From assembly GCA_964622975.1 (NCBI GenBank), contig CAZUTA010000002.1, forward strand, positions 192,207 through 256,206: DNA of 64,000 nucleotides. Reading direction: 5' to 3'. Both the position numbers and the translations under genes were made by a program. Shown here in pieces: positions 1 through 10,670 of the stretch (position 1 is the first letter of the stretch; the number at the start of each line of letters is the position of its first letter). The DNA comes from an uncultured Bacteriovoracaceae bacterium. Its GTDB lineage: Bacteria > Bdellovibrionota > UBA2394. The notes beneath the pieces are model-generated. The model worked only from the letters and a program-made list of their open reading frames with translations. It searched no databases and was not told the DNA's origin.

Positions 1-21
1 GTTTCAGGAGAAGTATATTTA

Positions 22-864
22 ATGAACTTTTGGCAAAAAATAAAAGCTGAAGGAGTGCGGAGTGGGGGCCTTGCCATGCTGGCTCTCTGCCTCATTTTGC
101 TGGCGGTACTTTTGGTAACTGTTTTCCAGGAAGGCTGGACTTCGCTTTCTTGGAATTTTCTCACTAGCTTTCCCTCTCGGTTTCCAGAGAGAGCGGGAAT
201 TTCTTCAGCGCTTGCAGGGACACTATGGATCATGGCGTTGACGGCTTTGTTTGCCGTGCCCATCGGTATTTTTACAGGAGTTTATTTGCAGGAATATGCG
301 AAGGCTGGGTTCTTTACTCGGTTCTTAGTGATTAACATTCACAATTTGGCAGGGGTGCCAGCAATTGTTTATGGAATTTTGGGGCTCACTGTTTTTGTGA
401 GATGGATGAATCTTGGTCGCAGTATTTGGGCAGGGGCCATGACAACGGCCTTGATGATTTTGCCGATCATCATTATTTCGACGACAGAGGCCCTGAAGGC
501 CGTTCCTGCTTCGGCTCGATGGGCAGCCTTTGGGGTGGGAGCCAATCGCTCGGCGGTTGTTTGGTCTCATGTTCTCCCGCAGGCTTTGCCTGGAATATTT
601 ACGGGGATTATTTTGGCACTCAATCGAGGGATTGGAGAGGCTGCACCTCTTATTCTGATTGGGGCTCTCTCTTTCGTCGCCTTTTTGCCGAGTACCCCGA
701 TGGATTCGTTTACGGTTCTGGCCATTCAGATTTTTAATTGGGCGGGTCGGCCTCAGGATGAATTTAGGGCCATTGCCGCATCCGGAATCATTGTCTTGTT
801 GGGAGTTTCTTTGGGGATGAACGCATTGGCCATTTACCTGAGGGCTCGAGCTGCGAGAAGGTGA
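22..864 (+). CDS. pstA: phosphate ABC transporter permease PstA
   Basis: 280-aa polytopic membrane ORF with a transmembrane-permease layout, immediately upstream of pstB and phoU. Confidence 0.85.
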   Translation: MNFWQKIKAEGVRSGGLAMLALCLILLAVLLVTVFQEGWTSLSWNFLTSFPSRFPERAGISSALAGTLWIMALTALFAVPIGIFTGVYLQEYAKAGFFTRFLVINIHNLAGVPAIVYGILGLTVFVRWMNLGRSIWAGAMTTALMILPIIIISTTEALKAVPASARWAAFGVGANRSAVVWSHVLPQALPGIFTGIILALNRGIGEAAPLILIGALSFVAFLPSTPMDSFTVLAIQIFNWAGRPQDEFRAIAASGIIVLLGVSLGMNALAIYLRARAARR

Positions 865-874
865 CAGGGATAAG

Positions 875-1648
875 ATGCATAAGAATGATTCATTGTTAAA
901 ATCCCAACTCTCCACAGAAAATGTGAGTATCCGCTATGGAGACAAATTAGCCGTCGAGAATGTGACTCAGACTTTTTTGAATAATTCTGTGACGGCGCTG
1001 ATTGGGCCTTCGGGATGCGGAAAGTCGACATTTTTGAGAGCCCTCAATCGAATGAATGATTTTATTCCCAATTGCAAATTGACGGGGCGTGTTCTCTTTA
1101 ACGGACAGGATATTTATCATAGCAAAGTGGATCCTGTTTTGGTGCGACGTCACATCGGTATGGTGTTTCAGAAGCCTAATCCATTTCCAAAATCTATTTA
1201 TGAGAACGTGGCGTGGGGCCCTCGCCATGCGGGTGTTTCGAAATCCGAGATCGAGTCGCTCGTTGTTCAGAGCTTGCAAGCGTCAGCACTTTGGCCCGAA
1301 GTCAAAGATCGACTGAATGGGCCTGCTCTCGGATTGTCCGGGGGACAGCAGCAACGACTTTGCATCGCAAGAGCGATCGCTATGGAGCCGAGTCTTTTGT
1401 TGATGGATGAGCCTTGTTCGGCCTTGGATCCCATTGCCACATCTCGCATTGAGGACCTCATTGCCAAATTGAAGCAGAATTTTACGATCATTATTGTGAC
1501 TCACAATATGCAACAAGCGGCGCGAGTCTCAGATACGACAGCGTTTTTTTTGAACGGTCGAATCGTCGAGTCTGGAGAGACGAAAGAATTCTTCACTCGA
1601 CCTAAAAACACAGAGACAGAGAATTATCTCACAGGTAAATTTGGTTAG
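875..1648 (+). CDS. pstB: phosphate ABC transporter ATP-binding protein PstB
   Basis: Walker [13 protein letters not shown] signature LSGGQQQRL, Walker B LLLMDEP; position between pstA and phoU. Confidence 0.95.
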   Translation: MHKNDSLLKSQLSTENVSIRYGDKLAVENVTQTFLNNSVTALIGPSGCGKSTFLRALNRMNDFIPNCKLTGRVLFNGQDIYHSKVDPVLVRRHIGMVFQKPNPFPKSIYENVAWGPRHAGVSKSEIESLVVQSLQASALWPEVKDRLNGPALGLSGGQQQRLCIARAIAMEPSLLLMDEPCSALDPIATSRIEDLIAKLKQNFTIIIVTHNMQQAARVSDTTAFFLNGRIVESGETKEFFTRPKNTETENYLTGKFG

Positions 1649-1653
1649 TTTAT

Positions 1654-2343
1654 ATGAAGCATACGAGCTTAGAATTTGAACGGGATCTAAAGAACCTCAA
1701 AGAGAAACTCCTTCTCATGGGGGGCACTGTAGAATCCATGTTGGCCGAAGCCGCCGATGCGCTGATCCAAAACGATGCGGACTTAGCGAGACAAGTGATG
1801 AGGCGAGATGTCGAGGTCGATGCTCTTGAAAAGGAGGTCGATCAAGCTGCGCTCCAGATTTTAGCCTTGAGGCAGCCAGCGGCCTCGGATTTGAGATTTG
1901 TGACCTCGGCCTTTAAGACCTGCACGGATCTTGAGCGGATGGGGGATATGACGGTCAATATTTGTGAAAGAGTGATTGAGCTTTCAAGACTCTCACCTCT
2001 CAAACCTTATGAGGTTTTGCCGAGGATGGTAGAGCTCACGCGCCAAATGATTGGATCTGCGCTTGATGCTTTTGTGAATCAATCAACCGAATTGGCGGCA
2101 CGGGTGTTGAAGAGCGACCTCGAAGTGGACCGATTGACTTCGGTCGTCTATTTGGAGTTGGTCGAGATCATGAAGCGCAGTCCCGACGCCGTTGAGCGTG
2201 GGATGAAGTTATTTTTTATTGCCAAGCATCTGGAGCGGATGTCGGATCACGCCACAAATATTGCTGAGCAGGTGGTCTTTACGGTGAAGGGCTTAGACAT
2301 TCGACATCAAAATGTGCCGGGACCTACGCCGCTCTCTTATTAA
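1654..2343 (+). CDS. phoU: phosphate signalling complex protein PhoU
   Basis: 229-aa helical protein with two PhoU repeats (D..ID..E pattern, ERMGD / ERMSDHATNIAE), directly after pstB. Confidence 0.9.
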   Translation: MKHTSLEFERDLKNLKEKLLLMGGTVESMLAEAADALIQNDADLARQVMRRDVEVDALEKEVDQAALQILALRQPAASDLRFVTSAFKTCTDLERMGDMTVNICERVIELSRLSPLKPYEVLPRMVELTRQMIGSALDAFVNQSTELAARVLKSDLEVDRLTSVVYLELVEIMKRSPDAVERGMKLFFIAKHLERMSDHATNIAEQVVFTVKGLDIRHQNVPGPTPLSY

Positions 2344-2837
2344 GACTTTTGAGTTTCATCAATCTGATAGGCTTGAAGACCATCTTGGACCCAGTCTGGT
2401 CGAGCTTGTTCTCCCGTCGTGATCTCGAGCTGCTGAAATGTATCATGAATCACCTCCGCCCCTTCGGTCTGGGCAACAGGACTCATCTTGCGGCCAAAGT
2501 AATGAGTTTGAATCAGCCAGTGGATATCGACTTTGTCGGCTTGAACAGGAAGAACGGTGACGCCAGACCTAAACTCGATATCAGAAATGGCTCGAGCATC
2601 ATGGGGATTGACCATCGCGAGGAGCAAACGCTTGAGTCCGTCACGAACAACAACCTTGAGAGGAAAGACAGAATAGCGTCTTGCGAGATCACGCAGATCA
2701 AATTCCGTGGGAACTTCGACTTTCGCGTGGTGAGCTTGCAAATTAAAGACAGGAATCTGAGGGGCTATCTTTGCTTTGGGGCTCTGTTTGTTTTCCATCT
2801 TCTTATCCTCCCGTCGGCTTTGAGTTTCTGCCGACAC
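2340..2837 (-). CDS. GspE/PilB N-terminal (T2SSE_N)-like domain protein, stand-alone
   Basis: 165 aa; the segment LAMVNPHDARAISDIEFRSGVTVLPVQADKVDI resembles the T2SSE_N fold motif; no ATPase domain follows. Chosen over the overlapping + strand ORF. Confidence 0.4.
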   Translation of the reverse strand: MSAETQSRREDKKMENKQSPKAKIAPQIPVFNLQAHHAKVEVPTEFDLRDLARRYSVFPLKVVVRDGLKRLLLAMVNPHDARAISDIEFRSGVTVLPVQADKVDIHWLIQTHYFGRKMSPVAQTEGAEVIHDTFQQLEITTGEQARPDWVQDGLQAYQIDETQKS

Positions 2838-2961
2838 CTAAAATCTATTCAGGGAATATGCCACAGCGCTTAGAGCCGCTAAGCCCCCGAAAACACAGTT
2901 GTTGTCGCCATGCCCTGAGCATTGGTTTGCACGCTTTTTAAGTCAAAATCCTGACGGAGTG

Positions 2962-3885
2962 TCACTCAGCCTGCACAGTCCGAGCCGCCTTAGGCTCCGG
3001 AGCTGTGTCCGCTTCTTCTGCTTCTCCCTCTTCTTCGGGCACTTCAGTCTCTTTAAATGAACTCATCACAAACGAACGAATCACGGTGGATTCTGTGAGT
3101 GGCTTACGAAGATCTTCCTTACGAATAAACAAAAGATTTCGAGGCGCTACAGTAAAAACCTGCACGGCCAAAATTCCTTCTTCGCGCGCCTTCAGTCGTT
3201 CCTGATAAACATTGAGACTTCCATCTGCAACTTGCTCCACCGTAAAGTGTGAGCTCGCCGAAAACGAAGCATCAGGAAGTTCAACTTTTGGAAGAATCAA
3301 AACATAATAGCGAGGCCCTGCTCGTCGAATGAAGTCCTTGATGATCTCATCAAACTTTCGATCTTTGACTTTGGTGTAAGACTCGAGATCCAAAAATGCC
3401 GTATTCTCCAAGCGCTCAGGCAAATCGACAAGACCTAACGCCCGTCCCACTAGAAGGATTCCAATTTTGTTTTTTTCGACCAAACTCTGCTCCACATATT
3501 CGCGGCGATAAGGATCCATTGATCCAAGGACGAGTTGAATCTCGTGAGGAGTCAGAGCTGTTTGATTCTCGAGGGTTCCGCCCGGCTTCGCCACTTGAAC
3601 CGCGAGCCCTCGATTCTTGAGCGACTTGTTCGTCGAATTGATGGCACTGACGATCAAACTTTCTAAATAAGAATTTTCTGTGCCGCGCCTGACAATTCTT
3701 CCGTGCCGGCTCAAAATCTTATTGAGCTTTTTGCCGAGCTGTCGAATCTCGCCATGTCGCTCATCCCAGACTTTTGCTTCGCGCGAAATTTTTTCTTGAG
3801 TCGCTGGCGGAGTCACGCGAGTGGCTTCGGGAGGTGACGCGAGGAGAACGCAATGAAGGAGAACTTCGGAGATCAATGAATTCAT
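2962..3885 (-). CDS. hypothetical secreted protein with acidic C-terminal tail
   Basis: 307-aa ORF with an N-terminal hydrophobic signal-like segment and a Glu-rich C-terminus; no recognisable family. Confidence 0.4.
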   Translation of the reverse strand: MNSLISEVLLHCVLLASPPEATRVTPPATQEKISREAKVWDERHGEIRQLGKKLNKILSRHGRIVRRGTENSYLESLIVSAINSTNKSLKNRGLAVQVAKPGGTLENQTALTPHEIQLVLGSMDPYRREYVEQSLVEKNKIGILLVGRALGLVDLPERLENTAFLDLESYTKVKDRKFDEIIKDFIRRAGPRYYVLILPKVELPDASFSASSHFTVEQVADGSLNVYQERLKAREEGILAVQVFTVAPRNLLFIRKEDLRKPLTESTVIRSFVMSSFKETEVPEEEGEAEEADTAPEPKAARTVQAE

Positions 3886-3934
3886 CTTGCTTCTATCTTA
3901 CTCAAGAGCTCCGAGTCGAAGTCAACGAAGAGCT

Positions 3935-4372
3935 CTATTTAGAGTAGGGGCAGGCCGAACGGCGACAACTTCCGTAAAGTTCCATTCGATGATCCACTAA
4001 GTCAAAACCCAGTTGGCGGGCGACTTCGGACTGAAGCTTCTCGATCTTTGGATTTTCAAACTCAAAGATATGACCACACTTGACACAGCTGAGATGATCG
4101 TGATGATCGCGCGAGGTCACTTCATATCGCGACGCGGATCGACCGATACTGGTCTCTGACAAAAACTTGCCCTTGGCTAAGAGAAGGACGGTTCGATAGA
4201 TCGTGGCGATTCCTACGCCAGATACTTTTTTCTGGAGAAACGGTGCCTTTTCTTGAATCGTCCAATGTCCTTCGAGATCGAGGATGGCTTTGACGAGCTT
4301 CTTTCGAGTCCCCGTGAGACGAAGTCCTTGCGTCTTTAGTTGAAGGCAGGCCTTTTCTGCCAGATCACTCAT
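3935..4372 (-). CDS. fur: Fur-family transcriptional regulator
   Basis: 145 aa; HHDHLSCVKCGHIFEF metal-binding motif and C-terminal Cx2C are typical of Fur/Zur/PerR. Confidence 0.8.
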   Translation of the reverse strand: MSDLAEKACLQLKTQGLRLTGTRKKLVKAILDLEGHWTIQEKAPFLQKKVSGVGIATIYRTVLLLAKGKFLSETSIGRSASRYEVTSRDHHDHLSCVKCGHIFEFENPKIEKLQSEVARQLGFDLVDHRMELYGSCRRSACPYSK

Positions 4373-4373
4373 T

Positions 4374-5846
4374 TCAAGCCCGCCCTGGCGCGGACGAGGA
4401 CATCGCGGCCTTTGCCAACGTCTTTCCTAAGTCCCAGATACCGCCAGGCACGGTATGAACCAAATCCATCACGGATCTAAAGCCATTTAGAAAGTGAGTG
4501 ATATCTTCGTCCGTCAAAATGATCGGAGGGAGAAATTTAACAATGTCCTGATTGTGGCCCGAAGTCTGGCTGAGAATTCCATGATCTCGAATCAGCGGAA
4601 TTGTAATGAGCTGAGGGAAGAGTCCTTTGTTGAGAGTGTGAATTAAATGCCAGGCCGCTTTAAATTTGAATGAGTCGGGGGATTTGAACTCAACGCCGAT
4701 CATACATCCGCGTCCACGAGCTTCGCCGAGCATTTCGTAGTCTTTTGTCATGGCATTTATGCCGGTAATAATTCTTTCTCCCACATGTCGCGCACGAGAA
4801 AGCATATCTTCATTTTCGATAATCCAAAGGCTGGCGAGTCCCATGGCCGCAGAAAACGAGTTTTTGCCAAAAGTCGACGAATGCACCACACAGCGATCCA
4901 TTCTCGAAAATACAGAGTGAAAGATTTCTTCTCTGGCGATCACAGCCGCCGCGGGGACGAGGCCTCCGGAGAGAGCTTTGGCGACCAAAATAATATCGGG
5001 TTTGAGTCCTTCGGGCTCAAAAGCAAAGAAGGTGCCGGTGCGCCCCATTCCTGTCTGAATTTCGTCAGCAATGGTCAGAGTTCCATAGCGATGACAGAGC
5101 TCCTCTGCTTGCTTTAAGAAATTGGCCTCGGGAGTAAACACACCTTTGCCCTGAATCGGCTCAAAAATAAATGCAGCGACGTCTTTCTTTTTTAATTCCT
5201 TTTCGAGGGTGTTCAAATCATTGAGAGGAATTTTTGTACAATTCGGCAGGAGGTTGCCAAAGCCTTCGCGGAACTCGTCATTGCCCATGACGGAGAGAGC
5301 TCCGACTGTCAGTCCATGAAATCCATGATCCAAAAAAATAAATCGATCTCGTTTGGTATGAGCCTTGGCAAACTTGAGGCCTGTCTCCACAGACTCAGCC
5401 CCCGTCGAGCAAAGATAAGTTCGAGAAGCTTGAGGAGCTTTGAGCGCCAGCGCTTTGGCGAGTTCACCCGTCAGATGGGGGCAGTCCATCTGAACCATAT
5501 TGGCGTCCTTCCATTCGAGCATCTCTTGCATTGTGCGCATGATGACTGGATGGTATCGACCAAAATTAAAAACTCCGTATCCGGAGAGCATATCGAGGTA
5601 TCGCCGACCTTCTTGATCCCAGAGGTACTGGCCTTCGCCCTTCACATAGATTTTGTCGAATCCAATTGTTTTGAGGACTCGGGGAAGCTGGGGATTCATG
5701 TATTGAAGGTGGTTTTCAAATCGTGATTCTTGATTTTCGAGATACGAACGAATCGAAAACGAACCCGATGGGTTCGACGAACGGGACTGATTCAATGCGG
5801 CTTCCATAGGTCCACTAAACCACCAAAAATCCTGCAAAAAGTCCAT
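4374..5846 (-). CDS. class-III (omega) aminotransferase, PLP-dependent
   Basis: DEIQTGMGRTG motif and PLP lysine region (VAKALSGG) typical of acetylornithine/GABA-type aminotransferases; about 50-aa N-terminal extension. Confidence 0.8.
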   Translation of the reverse strand: MDFLQDFWWFSGPMEAALNQSRSSNPSGSFSIRSYLENQESRFENHLQYMNPQLPRVLKTIGFDKIYVKGEGQYLWDQEGRRYLDMLSGYGVFNFGRYHPVIMRTMQEMLEWKDANMVQMDCPHLTGELAKALALKAPQASRTYLCSTGAESVETGLKFAKAHTKRDRFIFLDHGFHGLTVGALSVMGNDEFREGFGNLLPNCTKIPLNDLNTLEKELKKKDVAAFIFEPIQGKGVFTPEANFLKQAEELCHRYGTLTIADEIQTGMGRTGTFFAFEPEGLKPDIILVAKALSGGLVPAAAVIAREEIFHSVFSRMDRCVVHSSTFGKNSFSAAMGLASLWIIENEDMLSRARHVGERIITGINAMTKDYEMLGEARGRGCMIGVEFKSPDSFKFKAAWHLIHTLNKGLFPQLITIPLIRDHGILSQTSGHNQDIVKFLPPIILTDEDITHFLNGFRSVMDLVHTVPGGIWDLGKTLAKAAMSSSAPGRA

Positions 5847-5902
5847 GGCCGGCAGGGGGTTTAGACGACCTTTAGTCGCTATAAACCCTGTTTACGTCAA
5901 TT

Positions 5903-8900
5903 CTAGACCGAGGTCTCCTTGGTCAGTGAGACTTCTAAGGCTGCACCATCTACATCAAAGACTTGATGGTGTGTGAGCTTGCCGCCCGAGTTGAGCTGAA
6001 GGCTTAGGCCCAAAGTCTGCTCTCGGATATAGGTTTCAAAAGTCTGAGTGGCTTCGGCTAAATCGCCCGACGTCTGTATTTGGAGGCGAATTCGATCATC
6101 CAAATTGAGTCGCGAATCTTTTCGAAGCTTTTGAATTCGATTGACGATTTCGCGGGCCAATCCCTCGAGCTCCTGACTTCGTTCGACACTCACATCGAGT
6201 GCGACAACAATAAGGGCCGAGCTCGTCGAAGGCCATTGGCCCTTGACGGGGGTGCGCTGGATTCGTACATCTTCGCTCGAAATCTCAAAGCCCTCGATTT
6301 TGAGAGTTTCTTTGTTGTCGAGTTTTTGAATGTCTTCAAAGGCGAGCTGTCCAAGAGCTTTGGTGATGAGACCCATCTTGGATCCCACGCGAGGGCCGAG
6401 TGTCGCGCCAAAGGGTTTGACCGAAAGACTAACAAAGGCTTGCTCATCGCTTCGATAGGTGACTTTTTTTACATTGAGTTCACTCAGCAAATAACTTTCG
6501 AGGGGTTTGATACTTTGGAGAACTTCACCTTTTCGATGAACGACAAGGAGCTCTTTGAGAGGAACTTTGACTTTGATTTTGTGTTGATCGCGCAAATTGC
6601 GTGTCAGAAAAATGATTTCTTCGAGACATTTTACGCCAAACTCCAAGTCCTTTTTGATGAGTTCTTTTTGGGAGCGTGGAAACGTCTCAAGGTGAACGGA
6701 CTCACAGGCCTTTTCGTTGGTCAGCAGCAAATAAATCTTGTCTGCCAAGAACGGAGTAAAAGGAGCCATCATCTTCGTGAGAGCCAAAAGTACTGAGTAG
6801 AGGGTTTCGAAGGCGGATTTTTTGTCCTCTGTAAAGCCTTCGTCCCAAAATCGAGATCGGTTGAGTCGAATATAGGTGTTGGTGAGATCTTCGATAAAGA
6901 GCAGCAATTCAGGAACCACGTTATAGAGATGGTAGAGTTCCATTTCTTTTTCGATATTGCTGAGCAAGCTTTGCATTCGCGAAAGGATCCACTGATCTAA
7001 AATATTTTTGGATTTCGAAGCGGCCTTAAGAGAGTCCGCCCCTCCTTGGAATCCATCAATCTTTGCGTAGGACTCAAAAAATGAATAGGCGTTCCACCAT
7101 TTAAGAATCACACGCCGAACAATATCTTTGACTCCCGCCTCACTGAACCTGAGCTCTTCCGCGCGAATGACGGGCGAATCAATCAAATAAAGTCTCAGCG
7201 CATCCGCCCCATGACGATGAATCACATCCATGGGATCCGGATAGTTTTTGAGCCGCTTGGACATCTTTTTGCCGTCTTCTGCGAGAACCATTCCGTTGAC
7301 GATGACGTTTTTGAATGGAGGCTTATCAAAAAGAATCGTCCCTAAAACAGACAGAGTATAAAACCAACCTCGCGTCTGATCGAGCCCCTCAGCGATAAAG
7401 TCTGCCGGAAATCCTTCTTCAAACTCTTTCTTGTTCTCAAAGGGGTAATGCGATTGCGCATACGGCATAGCTCCCGACTCAAACCAGCAATCGAGGACTT
7501 CAGAAACGCGGCGATACCTTTTGCCATTCTGCTCGATGACGATGCCGTCGAGGTGCTCTCGATGGATGTCATTAAACTTTTTGCCCGTCGCGGCTTCGAG
7601 CTCCGTTACACTCGAAAAGACAATATAATCTCTTTGATCTTCAGGGAGTTCAAAGCTTTCCCAAATCGGAAGGGGGTTTCCCCAATAGCGATTTCGTGAA
7701 ATTGCCCAGTCACGAGCATTCTCAAGCCATTTTCCAAAACGACCTTCGCGCAAGTGCTCAGGAACCCAATGAGTATGTTTTTGATTGTTGGCAACGAGTT
7801 GATCTCGAATGCTCTCGACTTTTACAAACCAAGAACTCACAGCTCGATAAATAAGGGGAGTGTCTGTCCGATAGCAAAACGGGTAGGAGTGTTGAAGCGT
7901 GTCTTGCTTAAAGAGCCTCTCCATTTTTTTGAGATCAGCAATGATCGCTTTGTCGGCGTCCTTGACGTATTGGCCTGCATAAGGCGGCACCTCTGCAGTG
8001 AACTTTCCAAAATTGTCGACGGGACAAACGACCTTGATTCCCAGCTTTTGGCAGGCAATAAAATCGTCTTCACCAAACGCGGGCGCCATATGCACGATTC
8101 CCGTTCCTGCATCCGTCGTCACATGGGGGCTGAGGAGTGTCGAAAATGTTGGGGAAGGAAGGCGTCCAAAAAAATCAAAGAGGGGGACGTAGGAAATGCC
8201 CTTCAGGTCCCGTCCTTTTTTGGTGCTATGAATTTCAATTTTGTCTTTTTTAAAATATTTTTCGAGCAAGGCCTCGGCAAGAATATACTTTTTTTGAGGC
8301 TTATCGAGCTCGCTCACTGTGACGTAATCAATATCTTCCCCCAGTGCGAGCGCCAAATTTGAGGGCAACGTCCAAGGCGTGGTCGTCCATGCCAAAAACA
8401 AAGTTTGCGGATCATCTTTAAGCGGAAAAGTCACCGTGATCGCGGGATCCTGAACGTCTTGATAATTTAATCCGGCTTCAAAATTGGAAAGGGGTGTACC
8501 GAGCGAAGTCGAAAATGGCATCACCTTATAGCCACGATAGATGAGGCCCTTCTTCCAGATCTGAGCGATGATCCACCAGACGCTCTCCATGAATTTGAGA
8601 TCCATGGTTTTGTAATCGTTTTTAAAATCAGCCCATCGGCCGAGGCGATCAATGACACTTTGCCATTCATTGACGAACCTCAAAACAATACTTCGGCACT
8701 CTTCATTGTATTTGGCGATTCCAAATTTTTCGATTTCAGCCCCGGATTTAAACTGAAGCTTCTTATCAATTTCTTGTTCGATCGGGACTCCATGGCAATC
8801 CCAGCCCCAGCGCCGTTCGACCTGATAGCCTCGCATGGTCCAATACCGTGGCACGATGTCCTTGAGCGTGGAGGCAAGCAAATGTCCATAGTGAGGCAGA

Positions 8901-9064
8901 CCCGTTGCAAAGGGAGGACCATCATAAAAATTATATCGAGGTTTTTTGGGATCGATGGATTTATGAAAAACATCCCGGGCTTTCCAGCGCTCTAATATTT
9001 CTTCTTCAAGCTTTGGAAAGCTGATTTGCGGTGGAGGGGTGTTTTGGGAGGCCTCAGTTGACAT
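5903..9064 (-). CDS. ileS: isoleucine--tRNA ligase, type 2 (eukaryote-like)
   Basis: 1053 aa; PPFATGLPHYGH (HIGH), KMSKRLKN (KMSKS), WGWDCHGVPIE; length and PHYGH motif match type-2 IleRS. Confidence 0.93.
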   Translation of the reverse strand: MSTEASQNTPPPQISFPKLEEEILERWKARDVFHKSIDPKKPRYNFYDGPPFATGLPHYGHLLASTLKDIVPRYWTMRGYQVERRWGWDCHGVPIEQEIDKKLQFKSGAEIEKFGIAKYNEECRSIVLRFVNEWQSVIDRLGRWADFKNDYKTMDLKFMESVWWIIAQIWKKGLIYRGYKVMPFSTSLGTPLSNFEAGLNYQDVQDPAITVTFPLKDDPQTLFLAWTTTPWTLPSNLALALGEDIDYVTVSELDKPQKKYILAEALLEKYFKKDKIEIHSTKKGRDLKGISYVPLFDFFGRLPSPTFSTLLSPHVTTDAGTGIVHMAPAFGEDDFIACQKLGIKVVCPVDNFGKFTAEVPPYAGQYVKDADKAIIADLKKMERLFKQDTLQHSYPFCYRTDTPLIYRAVSSWFVKVESIRDQLVANNQKHTHWVPEHLREGRFGKWLENARDWAISRNRYWGNPLPIWESFELPEDQRDYIVFSSVTELEAATGKKFNDIHREHLDGIVIEQNGKRYRRVSEVLDCWFESGAMPYAQSHYPFENKKEFEEGFPADFIAEGLDQTRGWFYTLSVLGTILFDKPPFKNVIVNGMVLAEDGKKMSKRLKNYPDPMDVIHRHGADALRLYLIDSPVIRAEELRFSEAGVKDIVRRVILKWWNAYSFFESYAKIDGFQGGADSLKAASKSKNILDQWILSRMQSLLSNIEKEMELYHLYNVVPELLLFIEDLTNTYIRLNRSRFWDEGFTEDKKSAFETLYSVLLALTKMMAPFTPFLADKIYLLLTNEKACESVHLETFPRSQKELIKKDLEFGVKCLEEIIFLTRNLRDQHKIKVKVPLKELLVVHRKGEVLQSIKPLESYLLSELNVKKVTYRSDEQAFVSLSVKPFGATLGPRVGSKMGLITKALGQLAFEDIQKLDNKETLKIEGFEISSEDVRIQRTPVKGQWPSTSSALIVVALDVSVERSQELEGLAREIVNRIQKLRKDSRLNLDDRIRLQIQTSGDLAEATQTFETYIREQTLGLSLQLNSGGKLTHHQVFDVDGAALEVSLTKETSV

Positions 9065-9114
9065 GCAAAGATCCTAGCAAGGGACTAGGGCCCCCTCAAG
9101 TTTGTCGGGCATTT

Positions 9115-10593
9115 CTAATGAATTCTGGGGACGGGGGCTTCTTTATTGTAGAGATCATCAAGCAAAGCTTTGAGTGTGGGTGAAAGTGAGACCTTATAAG
9201 GGGTTGGATTTTGGCGTCTAAAGATATCCGGTCTCAATTGATCCATACGGTTGAGACTCCAACGGCGACTTTCGCATAACGAATCATCCGCCAGCCATCT
9301 TCCCTGACTATAAATAGGACTCAAGAGGGATTCGATCCGACGGGCCGCAAGTCGGACGCGCTTGAAGGGATCCAAAGGATGGATCGCGGTGACCTCTTCA
9401 TCAACCTTGGGAGGCGAATCCTGAACAGTCGTTAGCCAATCACAAATCATGATGTCATCCTTGCCAAACATTCGGTGGACTACTTTTTCACCAGGGACGA
9501 CGAGCTTTTCGGTTTGCTGCGAAATTTTCATTCGGGGGTGTCCATTGAGCTCGACGAGTTTGTACACACCTCCCAGCGCTGGCTGGTCCGCAGAAACTAC
9601 GAGATGAGTGCCCACGCCGTAAGCATCGATGCATGCTCCTTGGTCATTGAGACTCTGAATCACCGCTTCATTGAGTTCATTGGAGACAAATATTTTGGCG
9701 TCACCAAAGCCAGCCGCATCAAGAGTTCGGCGAGCTTCTCTCGAAAGATAGGCCAAGTCTCCTGAATCCAATCGCACACCGAGCGGTCGATGCCCCAGAC
9801 TCTTTAACTCTTCAAAAACTTTAAGAGCATTTGGAAGGCCTGAGGCGAGAGTGTCATAGGTATCAATGAGCAACAGGCAGGAAGTCGGAAATGTTTGAGC
9901 ATACGCTCTGAAGGCTGCGAGTTCTCCGCGATTAGGCTGGTTGGCCCCAAGGGGACCCTCGTCATAAAAACTCTGCACAAAAGAATGAGCCATTGTTCCC
10001 ACAACGGGAATTCCAAAATGTCGGCCTCCCGCGACATTGGATGTCGAGTCAAAACCTCCCAAAAAAGCGGATCGTGTCGCTGTCATCGCACCATTAGGCC
10101 CTTGAGCCCGTCTGAGTCCAAACTCCACGAGAGTCTTTTGTGGAGTCAGCATTCGAATTCGACGAGCGTAGGTGGCGACGAGGGTCGAAAAATTAATTGC
10201 ATTTAATAGTGCACTTTCGAGGAGTTGAACTTTCCACAGTGGACCTTTGATTTGCATGAGGGGCTCACGTGCAAAAACGATTTCGCCTTCGCGGGCAGAT
10301 TTGATTTCGATATCGTTGAGATGCAGAGATTTTAAGGCCTCAAAAAAACTTTCGGGACTGTGTGCAAACTGTGGAAGGCTTTTGAGGTATCGAATGTCTT
10401 CGGCTTCAAATCGAAATTGATGAAGGAGCTGCTGAACAGTATCAAACCCTGCAAGGACTGCGAACTCTCCTTGAAAGGGGCATTTTCTGAAAAACAACTC
10501 GAACGTTGCGCGAGAATCCTGCTTTCCAGATGCCCAGTAAGCCTGGGCCATCGTGAGCTGATAAAGATCCGTAAATAGCGGGCCGAGCCTCAT
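9115..10593 (-). CDS. pncB: nicotinate phosphoribosyltransferase
   Basis: N-terminus LFTDLYQLTMAQAYW is the NAPRTase signature; 492 aa. Confidence 0.9.
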   Translation of the reverse strand: MRLGPLFTDLYQLTMAQAYWASGKQDSRATFELFFRKCPFQGEFAVLAGFDTVQQLLHQFRFEAEDIRYLKSLPQFAHSPESFFEALKSLHLNDIEIKSAREGEIVFAREPLMQIKGPLWKVQLLESALLNAINFSTLVATYARRIRMLTPQKTLVEFGLRRAQGPNGAMTATRSAFLGGFDSTSNVAGGRHFGIPVVGTMAHSFVQSFYDEGPLGANQPNRGELAAFRAYAQTFPTSCLLLIDTYDTLASGLPNALKVFEELKSLGHRPLGVRLDSGDLAYLSREARRTLDAAGFGDAKIFVSNELNEAVIQSLNDQGACIDAYGVGTHLVVSADQPALGGVYKLVELNGHPRMKISQQTEKLVVPGEKVVHRMFGKDDIMICDWLTTVQDSPPKVDEEVTAIHPLDPFKRVRLAARRIESLLSPIYSQGRWLADDSLCESRRWSLNRMDQLRPDIFRRQNPTPYKVSLSPTLKALLDDLYNKEAPVPRIH

Positions 10594-10670
10594 TTGGCAT
10601 CTGAAGCTGCCATAGATTGGCAGCGACCGAAAGAACTTGTTTTTGAGGGTGTTCGGTCTAATTTAGGCGT

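Noticed and set aside
325-915. 196-aa minus-strand ORF inside pstA
   Set aside because: Antisense shadow of a well-supported permease gene; the translation is low-complexity and Arg/Ser/Asn-rich.
2349-2873. 174-aa plus-strand ORF overlapping the T2SSE_N-like gene
   Set aside because: The opposite-strand translation carries a recognisable domain-like segment; the plus-strand product has no motifs and an irregular composition.
6080-6796. 238-aa plus-strand ORF inside ileS
   Set aside because: Antisense to an unambiguous IleRS coding region.
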